A program made the position numbers and the translations under genes. From Amoebophrya sp. A120 (lineage: Eukaryota > Protista > Dinoflagellata), in the NCBI GenBank assembly GCA_905178155.1, contig CAJINV010000006.1:1737876-1801875 (forward strand): a stretch of DNA of 64,000 nucleotides, written 5' to 3'. The notes under the pieces were generated by a model. The model ran no database searches and was not told where the DNA came from. It worked only from the letters and a program-made list of their open reading frames with translations. Shown here in pieces: positions 38,201 to 50,200 of this stretch. How positions within the stretch are numbered: position 1 is the stretch's first letter; each line of letters opens with the position of its first letter.

Positions 38201-41200
38201 ATGCCCGGAGCTGTGTCGCTGGAGCACCTTCACTTGTATGAACTGCAAAAGTATCGTACTCGTATAAATGCATTACAAATTTCCTCAGCATCAGAGAAAA
38301 AATTTGTAATGCGGATATACCTCAAGTAGAAAAAGTAAAAGATTTGTAATGCATGACTGCAATGCGAGTATTGTGCGATGCTTTTGCACAGGATAACTTA
38401 ACCTCCGTGTCAACGTCGTTCACCGCTTTTCATCAGGACGATGTGTATCGTGAGAAAAAAGTGTTTCACTGTGAACCTGTGATGCAGAAAATGGAACGCA
38501 GAACTTAACTATTTGTCTTGCTACACCTGCAAGGCATGGGATTTTCCAGCGCGTTTTCCCTTGGGAAGTGCGCATGACAATAAATTTTCAATGTTAATAT
38601 GTGTAACAAACTTGTGATGCAGATCTACTTGCAAAATCACCACAGTTGTGAAACAGTTCTTTCTTGCGATAATGTGGACAGCAGCACCACTGTCTACCAC
38701 GTCCAGGAAGAATTTAACTTCCAACTCCAGGCGGGAAAGAAGCCGACGCCAGGAAAACATGATCAGAACAACACCGGTCGTAGTTCCTTCAGGTGTTATG
38801 CCTGGGACGGTCGTTAGCATACAGAAGGGTGAATTTGCAGTGAATTTGTATTGCATGACTTGCATTTACTTCAAAAGAGAAGTGCGCTGCGTAAAGGGCT
38901 GGGCACGAGCCCAAGCAGCTCACGCAGCGTGAAGGGCTGCAGCTCGGTGCCAGGTGGCACTTGCAGCACCGAAAGAAGTAGTGGTAGGTCTTGCTGGGGC
39001 CCGCCGGACTGTGTAGTGCATATGTAGCCAAAGAGTGTGGGTCGTGGGGCTCTTGTTCATCTGCGCGTCTGCCTCAGAAGTTCCTCTCCGGAATGGTCGG
39101 GAGGGAGGGCGACGCCTGAACACAGGGGCACTAGTTCAACACGTGCGCTCTCACGAGTTGTGGTTGTGGCTTGGAATTGGATATCTGGGAGTAGCCTCGG
39201 GTGGAAAGGAAGGCACGACTCGGCTACGGGCACTAGCTTGCTTGGCCTGGTGTGCTCGGCTTACAACTCCCCAGGCGTGTTTTTGCCCCCGGAGCAAGTC
39301 TTTTTCGAGGTGGCTCTCAGGTCAAGAATTCTCTTGGTGAATTTTGAGGCTTTTTGTTTTTGCGACACTTTTTTGAAGCCCCCAAACCCGGAGTTTCTCA
39401 CGCGCTAGCGAATTTTGAAAAGGAGCCGGAGGCCAAAATTCACCGGCGCCCTTTTCAAAATTCACCCCAAAATTCACCGGGCGCCCATTTTCGACCGTGA
39501 TAAGCAAACTTTAGCGCAGAAAAGTGCTCAAAAAAGTGCACAGATAGGCCATGAGAAGGAACGCAAAGGGGGAAAAAGCGTAGTCCTCTGCTGCCCTAAG
39601 CCCGCCTGTATTCTGCTGAAAATGCCGCAAGATTTCACGCGCCTGCCGGGAAAATGCGTCAAAGCTCTCGGCCGGGTCCTTTCGTCCTTGCCTGCCTTCT
39701 TGCTTAGTTGTATGCGCTTCGCAGCCTTTATTTCTGGCGTCTTTGCCGCGGCTGCTGCAGTGCTCTTCTGCGAGAACCCGGAGGCGCAAAAACCTGCCCA
39801 AAGAACGGCGCCCGGGCCATGTCCTCTGGCTGCCCACTGCACAAAAGCCCGCGGCTGCTGTGCGGTGCAGGGCCTTCTACTTCCCAGAACAGGGCCAAGA
39901 GGGACAATGTCCCGGCGGGCTCAACTGCAATTTGGCATGCAAAATTCACTACAAATTCACCACTTCTCATGCTAACGGGTGACAACATGATCAGAACAAC
40001 ACCGGTCGTAGTTCCTTCCGGTGGCTCACGACAAACTTCGCGACAAGTGGCGGTCGCAGCAGCGGTGGTGGTGGCTCGTCTTCATCAACGTCTTCTTCTG
40101 GTTCCTACCACAAAGATCATAACCCGGTGCAGCACCACTTGAAAATGATCAAACACACCTCTTTCGCGATTCACCAGGAGAGTTTGCAAGTCCTCCTGCA
40201 CAGCGTAAGAACTGCAACTGGGAAAGCAAAAAATGCCAAAACACGACTTGGCAAGACCTCCTTCAACCCACTGTGGCCCGGAGCGACTTTCAAGGATCAA
40301 CAACTCTACTCCGCCGGACAGCGCAACCGGTCGGAAACCTCCACGGGCCTACTGGCCTATGAACAGCAAAAGTATCGTACTCGTATAAATGCATTACAGA
40401 TTTCCTCAGCATGAGAGAGAAAATTTGTAATGCTGATTTACTTTCAGAAAAAGATTTGTAATGCATGACTGCAAAAATACGAGTACGATGCTTTTGCACT
40501 TCATATCGCCGGCATGAACGCCTGGCCCGCGGAGAAGGACGATGCCAACCGGATTACCAGCACGGCGAAGCACTTGGTTATGAACTGCAAAAGTATCGTA
40601 CTAAGATGAATTGCAATACAAATTGGCTCAGCATTACAAATTGAATTTGTAATGCGGATTTATCTTAACAACATAGATTTGTAATGCATAACTGCAATTA
40701 GGACGAGTATGTACAATACTGTTGCAGTGCATATTGGAGCCCGGGCCGGAATCCTGTGAGTACGTGAAAGCGACCTCGAACGGCCTAGACACCACGGCGG
40801 CCGGGTCCCCCGAAGGGACCGCGAATTTAACAAACGACTTTGTGAACAAGAACGGCCTAAACACCCTGCGCGCCGAGGCGATCAAATTTGAAATGAAAAA
40901 GTCGGGCTCGAGCTGCACCCCCGGAAACTACCGGTGTTGCACGAACCTGAAGATGCAATCCCGGGCGGACCCGAATTTGTTCCGCGAGGGGCAGTATGTC
41001 AATTGCAAAAGAGTATCGTACTCGTATAAATGCATTACAAACTTCCTCAGCATGAGAAACGCTGATTAGCCTTAAGAAAAAGATTTGTGATGCATGATTG
41101 CAATACGAGCAATTTTTGCGATGCATAGTCCGTACGTCTTCATCCGGTCGGACTCCGGGGAAGAGGACGGCGACGCCTTGATGGCTAGGGTGAAGCGATT

Positions 41201-44200
41201 CGAGCCGGTGACTATGCAATACAAATTTCCCGCACATGCACAAGATGCATCACAAATTTCACCAATCAGGAGCGGAAAACTTGTCATGCTATTAACTAGG
41301 ATCGAAGCCAAGTTTTGTCATGTAGAGACCTCCGCGTTTGTACGTCCACGTCGTGTACGGGAAATTATTTCCTGTGGATAGTGACACAGGGGTGGGTGGT
41401 GCAGCCGTTGCGGCCAAGAAGAGGTTCTCTCTTATGCATTGCAAAAATGTCTTGGTCTGGAAAAGTGGAACTTGTGTTGCATGTCTTGCATCCCTGAAGA
41501 ATCTGTATTGCACAGCCAGCAAGAAAGGCGGTACTTTTTCGTCTTGTAAAAACGCAGTTTGTCATGCGTGCTACGCATCAGACGGCGTCAAGTATACTTG
41601 TCGTGCTGGGCTGCACTTGAGAGCGCCAGTCTTATCCATACTTTAGCATCACAAATTTCCAGACCCAGACATATTTGCATTTGATATCTCTCTCCGAAAG
41701 ACGATCTGCAGACGGTGAATTCCGTGCAAGTAAGGTGTCAGCTATGAGAGTGCACAACCCCTCCTCCGCCTCATTTGTATAGCATGAACGGCAATACAAC
41801 CACAAGCAAGAATGCCGGTTTCGCATGACAAATTTGAACTGGATCATTGTAGTGCTACTTGGGCTGCCATAACTTGTCATGCAAACAGTGCCAAGAGGCA
41901 AGGCCACCTAAATTAGGTATTTTGCATGACAAATGAGGGGGAGGGGGAGTTGTGCACTCTGATAGCAGCGGTCTGCAGAAAATCCGGAGGGGAAGAAGGA
42001 TTTGGTCGTATCCTGTGCAAAAGTACTTATCGTACTCGTACTACTTGCAAATATGCATGACAAGTGTTTTTCTCACGGTAAAACAGCATTACAAATTGTC
42101 TTGCTGAGCGAATTTCTGATGCAGTCGTACGAAGATACTTTTGCAATTCATAGGTCGATGCCGGCGACTACAAGAGCTACTGGAGCGGCATGGAGCCCAT
42201 CGCGGTGGAATCAAAAATCCCGGAACGGTGTCGCGGGGACGAAAAGACCTACAAGTGCGAGTTATTCGACAAGGAGTGCCGGGTCATGCCGGGAACCCCA
42301 AGCGAGGCTGAAACGCTGAACGCCCATGGATATGGATTGCAAAAATGTCTGGGTCTGGAAAAGTGCAAGGTTTGTCATGCTAGGCTAGCAAGACTCTTAA
42401 GTCTGTCATGCGCGTTACCGAAAGGCCTTATTTTTCTGTGATGCAAAAACGCAGTTTGTCATGCAGAATAGGCAACACTTAGCAGCTCAGAAACTTGTCA
42501 TGCTGAGCCATCATTTGTGGCCTCCACATTCTAAGTCTTGCAGCATTACAAGTTTCCAGACCCAGACATTTTTGCATTTGATAATGGAAGCGACGACGAA
42601 CCGGAAAGACCGCCGCCGTTACCGCCAACCATGGACCAAAACAGCCACATCGAGATGAAAGACGAAAACTTCGTGTCCGAAAACACCCCGGGGATCACGT
42701 GTAAACAACGGCTAGAGGCTTGTCAGTACAACTACAGCTTCCACGCTTCTAACCAGAACGAGACGGGGTGGACGCCGCCTTTGGGCTACCAGCCCGGGAT
42801 GAACCGGGAAAAACCACTTGGCCGGGCGCACGATTTACGACGAAGAAAAATTCCCCCTCCCCGTATCATTATCAAAACGGAAATCTGTGATGCAGATTTG
42901 TGGTCACAAATCAGCTTTGTCATGCTAGAAGGATAGTAGAGATGCGGGCTGTAGTTCTGGATGGCGTGGGAAGGCCTTGCGTCGTCAGCATGACAGGAGC
43001 CAGCTGGAAGTGGGAAACAGCATGACAAATTGCCTGCACCAAACGAGGCCACGACTTCTGCGGCTCTTGGCCTTCTAGCAATGCAAGGCGATTTGTGTAC
43101 TCAAATACAGCATCACAAATTTCGTCTTCGATATGGGGAGGGGGGATTTTTCCTTTTGATACGATGCGAAAAGCAGGAAGCTGCTGCTCGGGGAAGCGAT
43201 TGACGAGTACATGTTTCACTACCCGTATCTTACAAAAAAACTGTCTCAGTCTCAAACCTTTGCAGACTCAGCAACACAAATTTGCGAAGCAAGAAACAAA
43301 AAATCTCTGATGCTTCAAACAACAAGGGAAAACACATTCATACATAGGAAAGATCGATCTTTCTTGCATCTCAAGCATGACAAAAAACAGTCTCAAGGAA
43401 GTTGCGCATTACAAGTTCTTGAGACTGAGACACTTTTTTCTCACGATAACCCGGACCCGAAGGGCTTTTTGGGCAACCAGCTGGTCGAACGGTTAAAAAT
43501 CGGGCAGATGCCCGGGGAAGGCCTGGTGGCGCACTATCCAAGGAAAAAACTGTGTAGGTATAATTTTCTTGGAGGAATAGCATCACAAGTTTGCTCTGCA
43601 TGACACAGAAATAAACCTGTCATGCGTAGCTAGTACGTGAAAACACGACGTACGAAAAGAGCCTCTGATGCACGTCCAGCATGACAAGTGTAACAGTTTT
43701 GGATTTTCTGCGTCACAGACCTACGCTCACATAGTTTTTTTCTTGCATACGCACGTGTCCGGGTTTAACAACGAAACCGGGAAGTACAAAATCGTCCCGG
43801 TCGGGAATCCAGCGCTCGACGCGGAAAACGAAAATTCCGTGATCGGCAAGGAAATATGTCAGTGCACGACTCCCCCTCCCCCCTCTTTTGTCACGCAAAA
43901 GTCCAAATCCAAGTGCTTTCCGGTGGCACTGTTTGCATGACAGATTCAGGAAGCGGCCCAAACAGAACTACACTATCACTAGGCGCATGAGCTTGTCATG
44001 CACACGCTCCACGTGTGCTAGTATTTGTATTGCTGTTCATGCAATTATAGTACAAACGAGGGGGAGGGGGGGGGTTGTGCGGTCTCATAGGAAATCGAAG
44101 CCGCACGGAACGACCCGGATACCGGCGAAAAATTGGAGCCGGTCGATGGCTATCAACTGCAAATATCGATCTGGGTCTGGAAACTTGTGATGCATGTCAC

Positions 44201-47200
44201 TGAATAGTAACCACACTGTAATGCACCGCCAAGCATGACAGCTTTTCTCGGGGCTTTGTGTTGCGTATTTCGGATGAGAAACATCGTTTTTGCATGACAG
44301 ACAAGAGGAGGTGTTCCGATGGCCCGACGCAATACAGAGTTCTTCAGAGTCACATGCCAAACTAGCATGAGAAATCTCGCAATCTTCCGGAGGACCCAGA
44401 TCGCTATTTGCGATGCATAACGGCGTGTACGTTCGGTGTCACCGACAGGATTTCGGCTCCTTCTGGGACTGGGCCGACAACAACATCCCGGATGTATGCA
44501 CTGCAAAAGTATCGTACTCGTATTGCAGTCATGCATTACAAATCTTTTTATTAAGGTAAATCAGCATTACTACAAAATTTATTTCCCATGCTGAGGAAAT
44601 TTGTAATGCATTTATACGAGTGCGATACGTTTGCAATGCATAGGATGACAAGGGCGACTATACCGCAATCTACGGAGCTAACAACCAGAAAGCAACGAAT
44701 TCTATGCTCTGCAAAAGTATCGTACTAGTACAAACTGCATTACGATAACGATTACAAATTTGGTCAGCATGAGAAATGGAATTTGTCAAGCTGTTTAACC
44801 TTGGGATGGAGATTTTTGATGCATGAGTGCGATAATTACTACGAGTACGATACTTTTGCACAGGATAAATTCCTGGTGGCCGGCCCCCATCCGGAAGAGC
44901 GACGACTTGCCGGCCGAGTGCAACTACCGGCGGGGCAACGACTACTACCCGATGTGGATGGAGTTCAGTAACGTTCCCTATGAGCTCCGCAACCACCATA
45001 TTACAATGAAAAATGCCCCCTCCCCATATCAATACGGAAATCTGTGATGCAGATTTGTGGTCACAAATCAGCTTTGTGATGCTAGAAGGCAAAAGATGCG
45101 GACTGTAGTGCTGTCTAGCGTGGGAGTAAACCTATGCAGCTCCAGGATGACAAAAGGCAACTAGACAAGCGGGAAACAGCATGACAGATTGCCTGCGATT
45201 TAGGCCGCAGCTTCGTCTCTTGGCCTTCTAGCAATACAAGTTGATTTGTGTACTCAAATGCAGCATCACAAATTCGCGCATCTTCCGTTTCCGATATGGG
45301 GTGGGGGCTTTTTCCACTTTGATACGCCACACCATCTGGAAGGGCAAGGCCCGCGACGCGGGAGGCAATCCTATTCTGAGGAAAAATCCCCCCTCCCCAT
45401 ATCGAAAAGGTGTGCTTCCGAAAATTTGTGTTGCTGATTTGACGTCACAAATCACGTCTGTCTTGCAACAAGACAAGCGCAGAGGCTTCCGCACCATTAT
45501 GGAAGCGATTTGGCATGCTGTTGCGCCTAGAGGGCACCCTTTTGCAATGCTAAGCAGCTAGACCTATACGCCCCTACCTAGGCCGAGGATCTGGCTGCGA
45601 TGCCTTACTGCAAGACAAATCCGATTTGTGTACCCAAATCCTGCATCACAGATTTCCATTTCGATATGGGGAGGGGAGATTTTTCCTTTTGATAAATCCG
45701 GGGCATTGGTTTCCCGAAGAGCGGCCGGGAGACCAGAATGGCTTGGGTACGGGGAAGTGGAAACTGCCCATGCCCGGTATCAAAGTGAAAAAAGCCCCTA
45801 AGAACCCATACTCAAAAGACAATTTGTGTTGCTGGATTTGTGTACACAAATGAACTTTGTATTGCAGCCAGAGCTTGTGCTTGTCGGCATATTCTAAGCC
45901 CATTTCATCTTGGGCACGCATCCGGCTAGCAGGTGCGCATGAGAAACAAGTCTGACAGAGCAGGCGAAAACGCATGACAGACTGGATGCACATCAATGCG
46001 CCACATGGGTGCCGTTTGCATTGTACAACGCAAGACAAAGCTGATTTGTGGTCACAAATCAGCATCACAAATTTTCTTTTCGATATGGGGAGGGAAATAA
46101 ATTTTTCCTTACGATACCCGGGGTGGACATGCCGAACTGGGTCTGGAAGACGGACAAACAGCGGAAAGACATGAACCTGAACTGGAAAAAACTTCTCGTC
46201 GACGCGGCCCTGGTGCGCGTGCGACACTGGTATCATAAGGACCGGGAGTATGTCCGCGACCAGCACGTGTCCGCGGAGTATGCATTGCAAAAGTATCGTA
46301 CTCGTATAAATGCATCACAAATTTCATCAGCATGAGAAATAAAATTTGTAATGCTGATTTGCCTTAACAAGATGATTTGTGATGCATGACCGCAATACGA
46401 GCACGATACTTTTGCACAGGATACGGAGAAATACGAAGGAAAAATTTTGGGCACGATGGACCGAAAATTATGCAAGAAAAAAACATTGTTACGTGTAACT
46501 TTGTGATGCGCATCAACATGCATATGCAAGATGATTGCATCTGTCATGCTGGGCATGCGTTGCAAGGTCCATTCAGGAGCGTTTTCACGTACCATCTGCG
46601 CATGACAGGCTTTTGCTGTAATGCAAGACAGATTTGTCATGCTGTTCCCCCAAGATCAGAGTTACACCTACAATCTTTTTTTCTTGGATAGAAATTACCG
46701 CTGGAACAGTGGGGAGACACGGAAATGGTATAGTGAGTAGGATCATTTTTATTTGTAGTAAGTTGAAGTTGATACTAGCTCGTAGTTACTTCCTGTTCCG
46801 GTTGCTGTTCTATTGGTGTGAGGCAGATTTAAGAGGTTGCTTTCTTGTTCGTCATAAGAAAGTCAACTACTACCAAGCATGGCACCTCATTGTAGCATGC
46901 CGGTACTAGTAGTACCGCTTAGGAGAAAAAACATCAACATATATCATAAACGTCTCTCCCGCTCTACACCTACAGTATGACCTCCAACACTTCCGACCGG
47001 GGCCGCAACCCGAACTCACCATTCCGGCCCGCAACCTGCGCGCCATCGAGGGCGGACTGCGGATAACCTGCGGCGACAACAGCGAATGGGGAGATCGGGA
47101 GGGCATCGTGACCTCGTGGCGGCAGGTGCCGGAAATTTGCAAGAAGAACTTCAAGTGGAAGGTGCAGCTGTGGGGCAATCTGGACGACGATACTTCGGTT

Positions 47201-50200
47201 GCGGAAAAGCCGTATCAACCGCAACTACGTCTGGGTCTGGAAGCTTGTGATGCTCAAGTATGCATGAGTCAGGCGCTTTCAAGTGCAGCCAAGCATGACA
47301 AGTTTAGTTGACCACGCCGTCTGACGCGTAGCGCGCATGACAAACCGCGTTCTACTTCTTGCATCACAAAAAAATGGTGCCTTTGCTGGCTATGCAACAC
47401 AGATTTGTTTTCAGGAATGCAAGACATGCAACACAGGTTCCACTTTTATTCCAGAGCCAGACATATTTGCGATGCATAAGCCGGCAAACTGGAATCGGGA
47501 GCAGAAGGAGTACCGAAAATTCATCGAGTCTGTCCTCGCGAATCAGGCTATGGCCTGGCCGGCACCGCAGTCCAACATGCTCCAAGTCGACGCGATGTCG
47601 GAGTTATGAGAGTGCACAACCCCCCCCCCTCCCCCTCATTAATATTTACATTGCTTGACTTCCGGGTTCTGGTCCCGCCTACCCCCCGGCGACAGGTGAC
47701 CTTGACAGGTGACCTTGACAGGTGACCTTGACAGGTGACCTTGACAGGTGACCTTGACAGGTGATCGTGACAGGTTACCGTGACAGGTGACCTTGACAGG
47801 TGACCTGGACAGGTGACCTGGACAGGTGGCCGCGACAGGCGAAGCGTGAGGATAAAGCAAAGGCGAGGCCAGCGCCTGGGCGCAAATATTTATTTTTCAC
47901 GCCAAATGCCGCTCTTGACGTGAAAAATAAATTAAAAGCGCCAAAAAAAAAAAACGACGCAAAAATTGAAAAAGATTAAAGCTGTAACACAAACTGCCTC
48001 CATAAGCAAAGAAGTCTTTGCGTTCGCGTTGCCATGCAAAAATAAAAAAGCGGCTATCTCTGCAATGCACGGCCAGGAAACAGCTGCTCTCTTTGCTCTG
48101 TGGAACCGGAAAGGCGTTGCGCTTCAATATTAGAGAACTTTTTTGCAGAAGCCACACAGAGATATTCACTTTGCTTCTATTTTTGTTTTTTCTTGCAAAA
48201 TGCAGGGCGCCTAATTCGCCCTTTTTCCACTAGCGCTTCGCGCACTGAGCCACTACGCGCGCGCCTGGTGTGAGGCGAGGGGCGGACGCTGTCCGCCCCG
48301 ATGCCGAACACCCTTCCCCCACTAGCGCCACTAGGGACGAGCACAAGGCCCCAGCGTGGGGACCCTGTCCCCACGCTCGGGTGGGCCTTGTTTGTCATGC
48401 AAAATACTTAGCTTACGCCTTGCCTCTTGGCACTGTCTGCATGACAAGTTCTGGCAGCTGCCCAAATAGCACTACACTCCTGTCCACATTTGTCATGCGA
48501 AACCTGCATTCTTGCTGACGCTTGTATTGCTGTTCATACGATACTAAAAATGAGAAGAACGGGGAGTTGTGCACTTTCATACGAGTTCGAGTGCTCGAAG
48601 AAATGCTGTGGAAATCGGTTCTGCAAGTCGTTTTCCTATTTGAAAAACAAAACGAGGAAGAACAACTGCTTTATCAAGTGTAAAAATGTCTGGGTCTGCA
48701 AGAGTGGAAGATTTGCGATGCAGGTTTTCCATGACTCATGAGGTCTGTAATGCATGGTCTAGCATCACAGATTTTGAGAGGGCTTCCTCGTGCCTGTTCC
48801 GCATGAGAAATGCCCTCTCGCCGTGGCAAAAACTGGACTCCTCTCGCCGGTCATGCATTACAGGTTTTTTTTTGAATCCGAAGACAGCATTACAAGTTGC
48901 AATCTTCCAGACCCAGACATTTTTACATTTGATACGCTTGCTTTTCAAGCAACTCGACGCGGCGGTCATTTCCACGAAAGCTATGCATTGCAAAAGTATC
49001 GTACTAGTAGAAATGGCATGACAAATTTGAATAGCATGACAAATGAAATTTGTAATGCAGATTTACCTTAGGAAGCAGATTTGTATTGCATGATTGCAAC
49101 TGGTACGAGTACGATACTTTTGCAAAGCATAAAAGCGACGGAGCTGCGAAACACCCCCTGCGGTAAGGAGGTCTCGCACATGCAGTTTTGCCGGCAGACC
49201 GAAAAATACTGCAGCTACTTTGCCGACCCGAACGTCTCGCCGATTTTTTCGAAAGTGGATGAAGCCTCCCCGTTGACCACGCTAAGCGGAGATATGAAAT
49301 GCAAAAATACCTGGGTCTGGAGACTTGTGATGCTGGGTGGCGTATCATGAGGAGGCCACAAGTGCTGGCGCAGCATGACAAGTTTCTGAGCTTCTAGGTG
49401 TTGCCCACTCTGCATGACAGACTGCGTTTCTGCACGACAGAAAAATGGGTAGGTGGCTACCGTTTGAAGTTTATAAACGAATGGGACGCCCTGCCCTTAG
49501 CCTTCCAACATGACAGAAAAATGGGGCTGCTCTTGGGTAACGTGCATGACAGATTTATTAAGAGTCATGCCAGACAAGCATGACAAACGTGCACTCTTCC
49601 AGACCCAGACATTTTTGCATTTGATAGGAGAGAACGTGAAACAAGCGGCCGCGCCGAAGTGTCAGCAGTGTCCCGATTTCAAGAACGGAGAAACCTGTGC
49701 GTCCATATGAGAGTGCACAACTCCCCCTCCCCCTCATTTGTATGGCATGATCAGCATTACAACAACCAGCGCACGTAGGGCCTGCGCATGACAAGTTCAA
49801 GCTCACGCGCGTACTAGTGCAGTACTGTTTGGGCTTCCCGAAAAATCTGTCATGCAAACAGTGCCACAATCTGGCGCTTGGATTTGGTCACTTGCATTAC
49901 AAATGAGGGGGAGGGGGAGTTGGGCAATCTCATACTCCATGGTGCAGAAGCAGAAGGAGGCCGGGATGTTCGACGTGAATATTTCGAAGAGGATACTGTG
50001 AGGAAAACCGTTCCCACCTTAGAGCCAAGATGGAGATTTTGCAACACAAACCTAAAGAGTTTTGCGAGCCACGCATGACAAGTTCAAGTTGGAGGCTGTA
50101 TTGTAGTGCAGTTTAGCTGGTGCAACGGAATCTTCCGCATAACAAATCCACCTCCTTATAATCCTGTCTACAGCATTACAAGTTTCATCAAAACACGATT

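Noticed and set aside
39415-39975. 186-aa ORF in the long element as a possible transposase (likewise 19290-19784 and 62438-62959)
   Set aside because: No DDE, HUH or zinc-finger motif is visible; the composition fits chance ORFs in GC-rich non-coding DNA.
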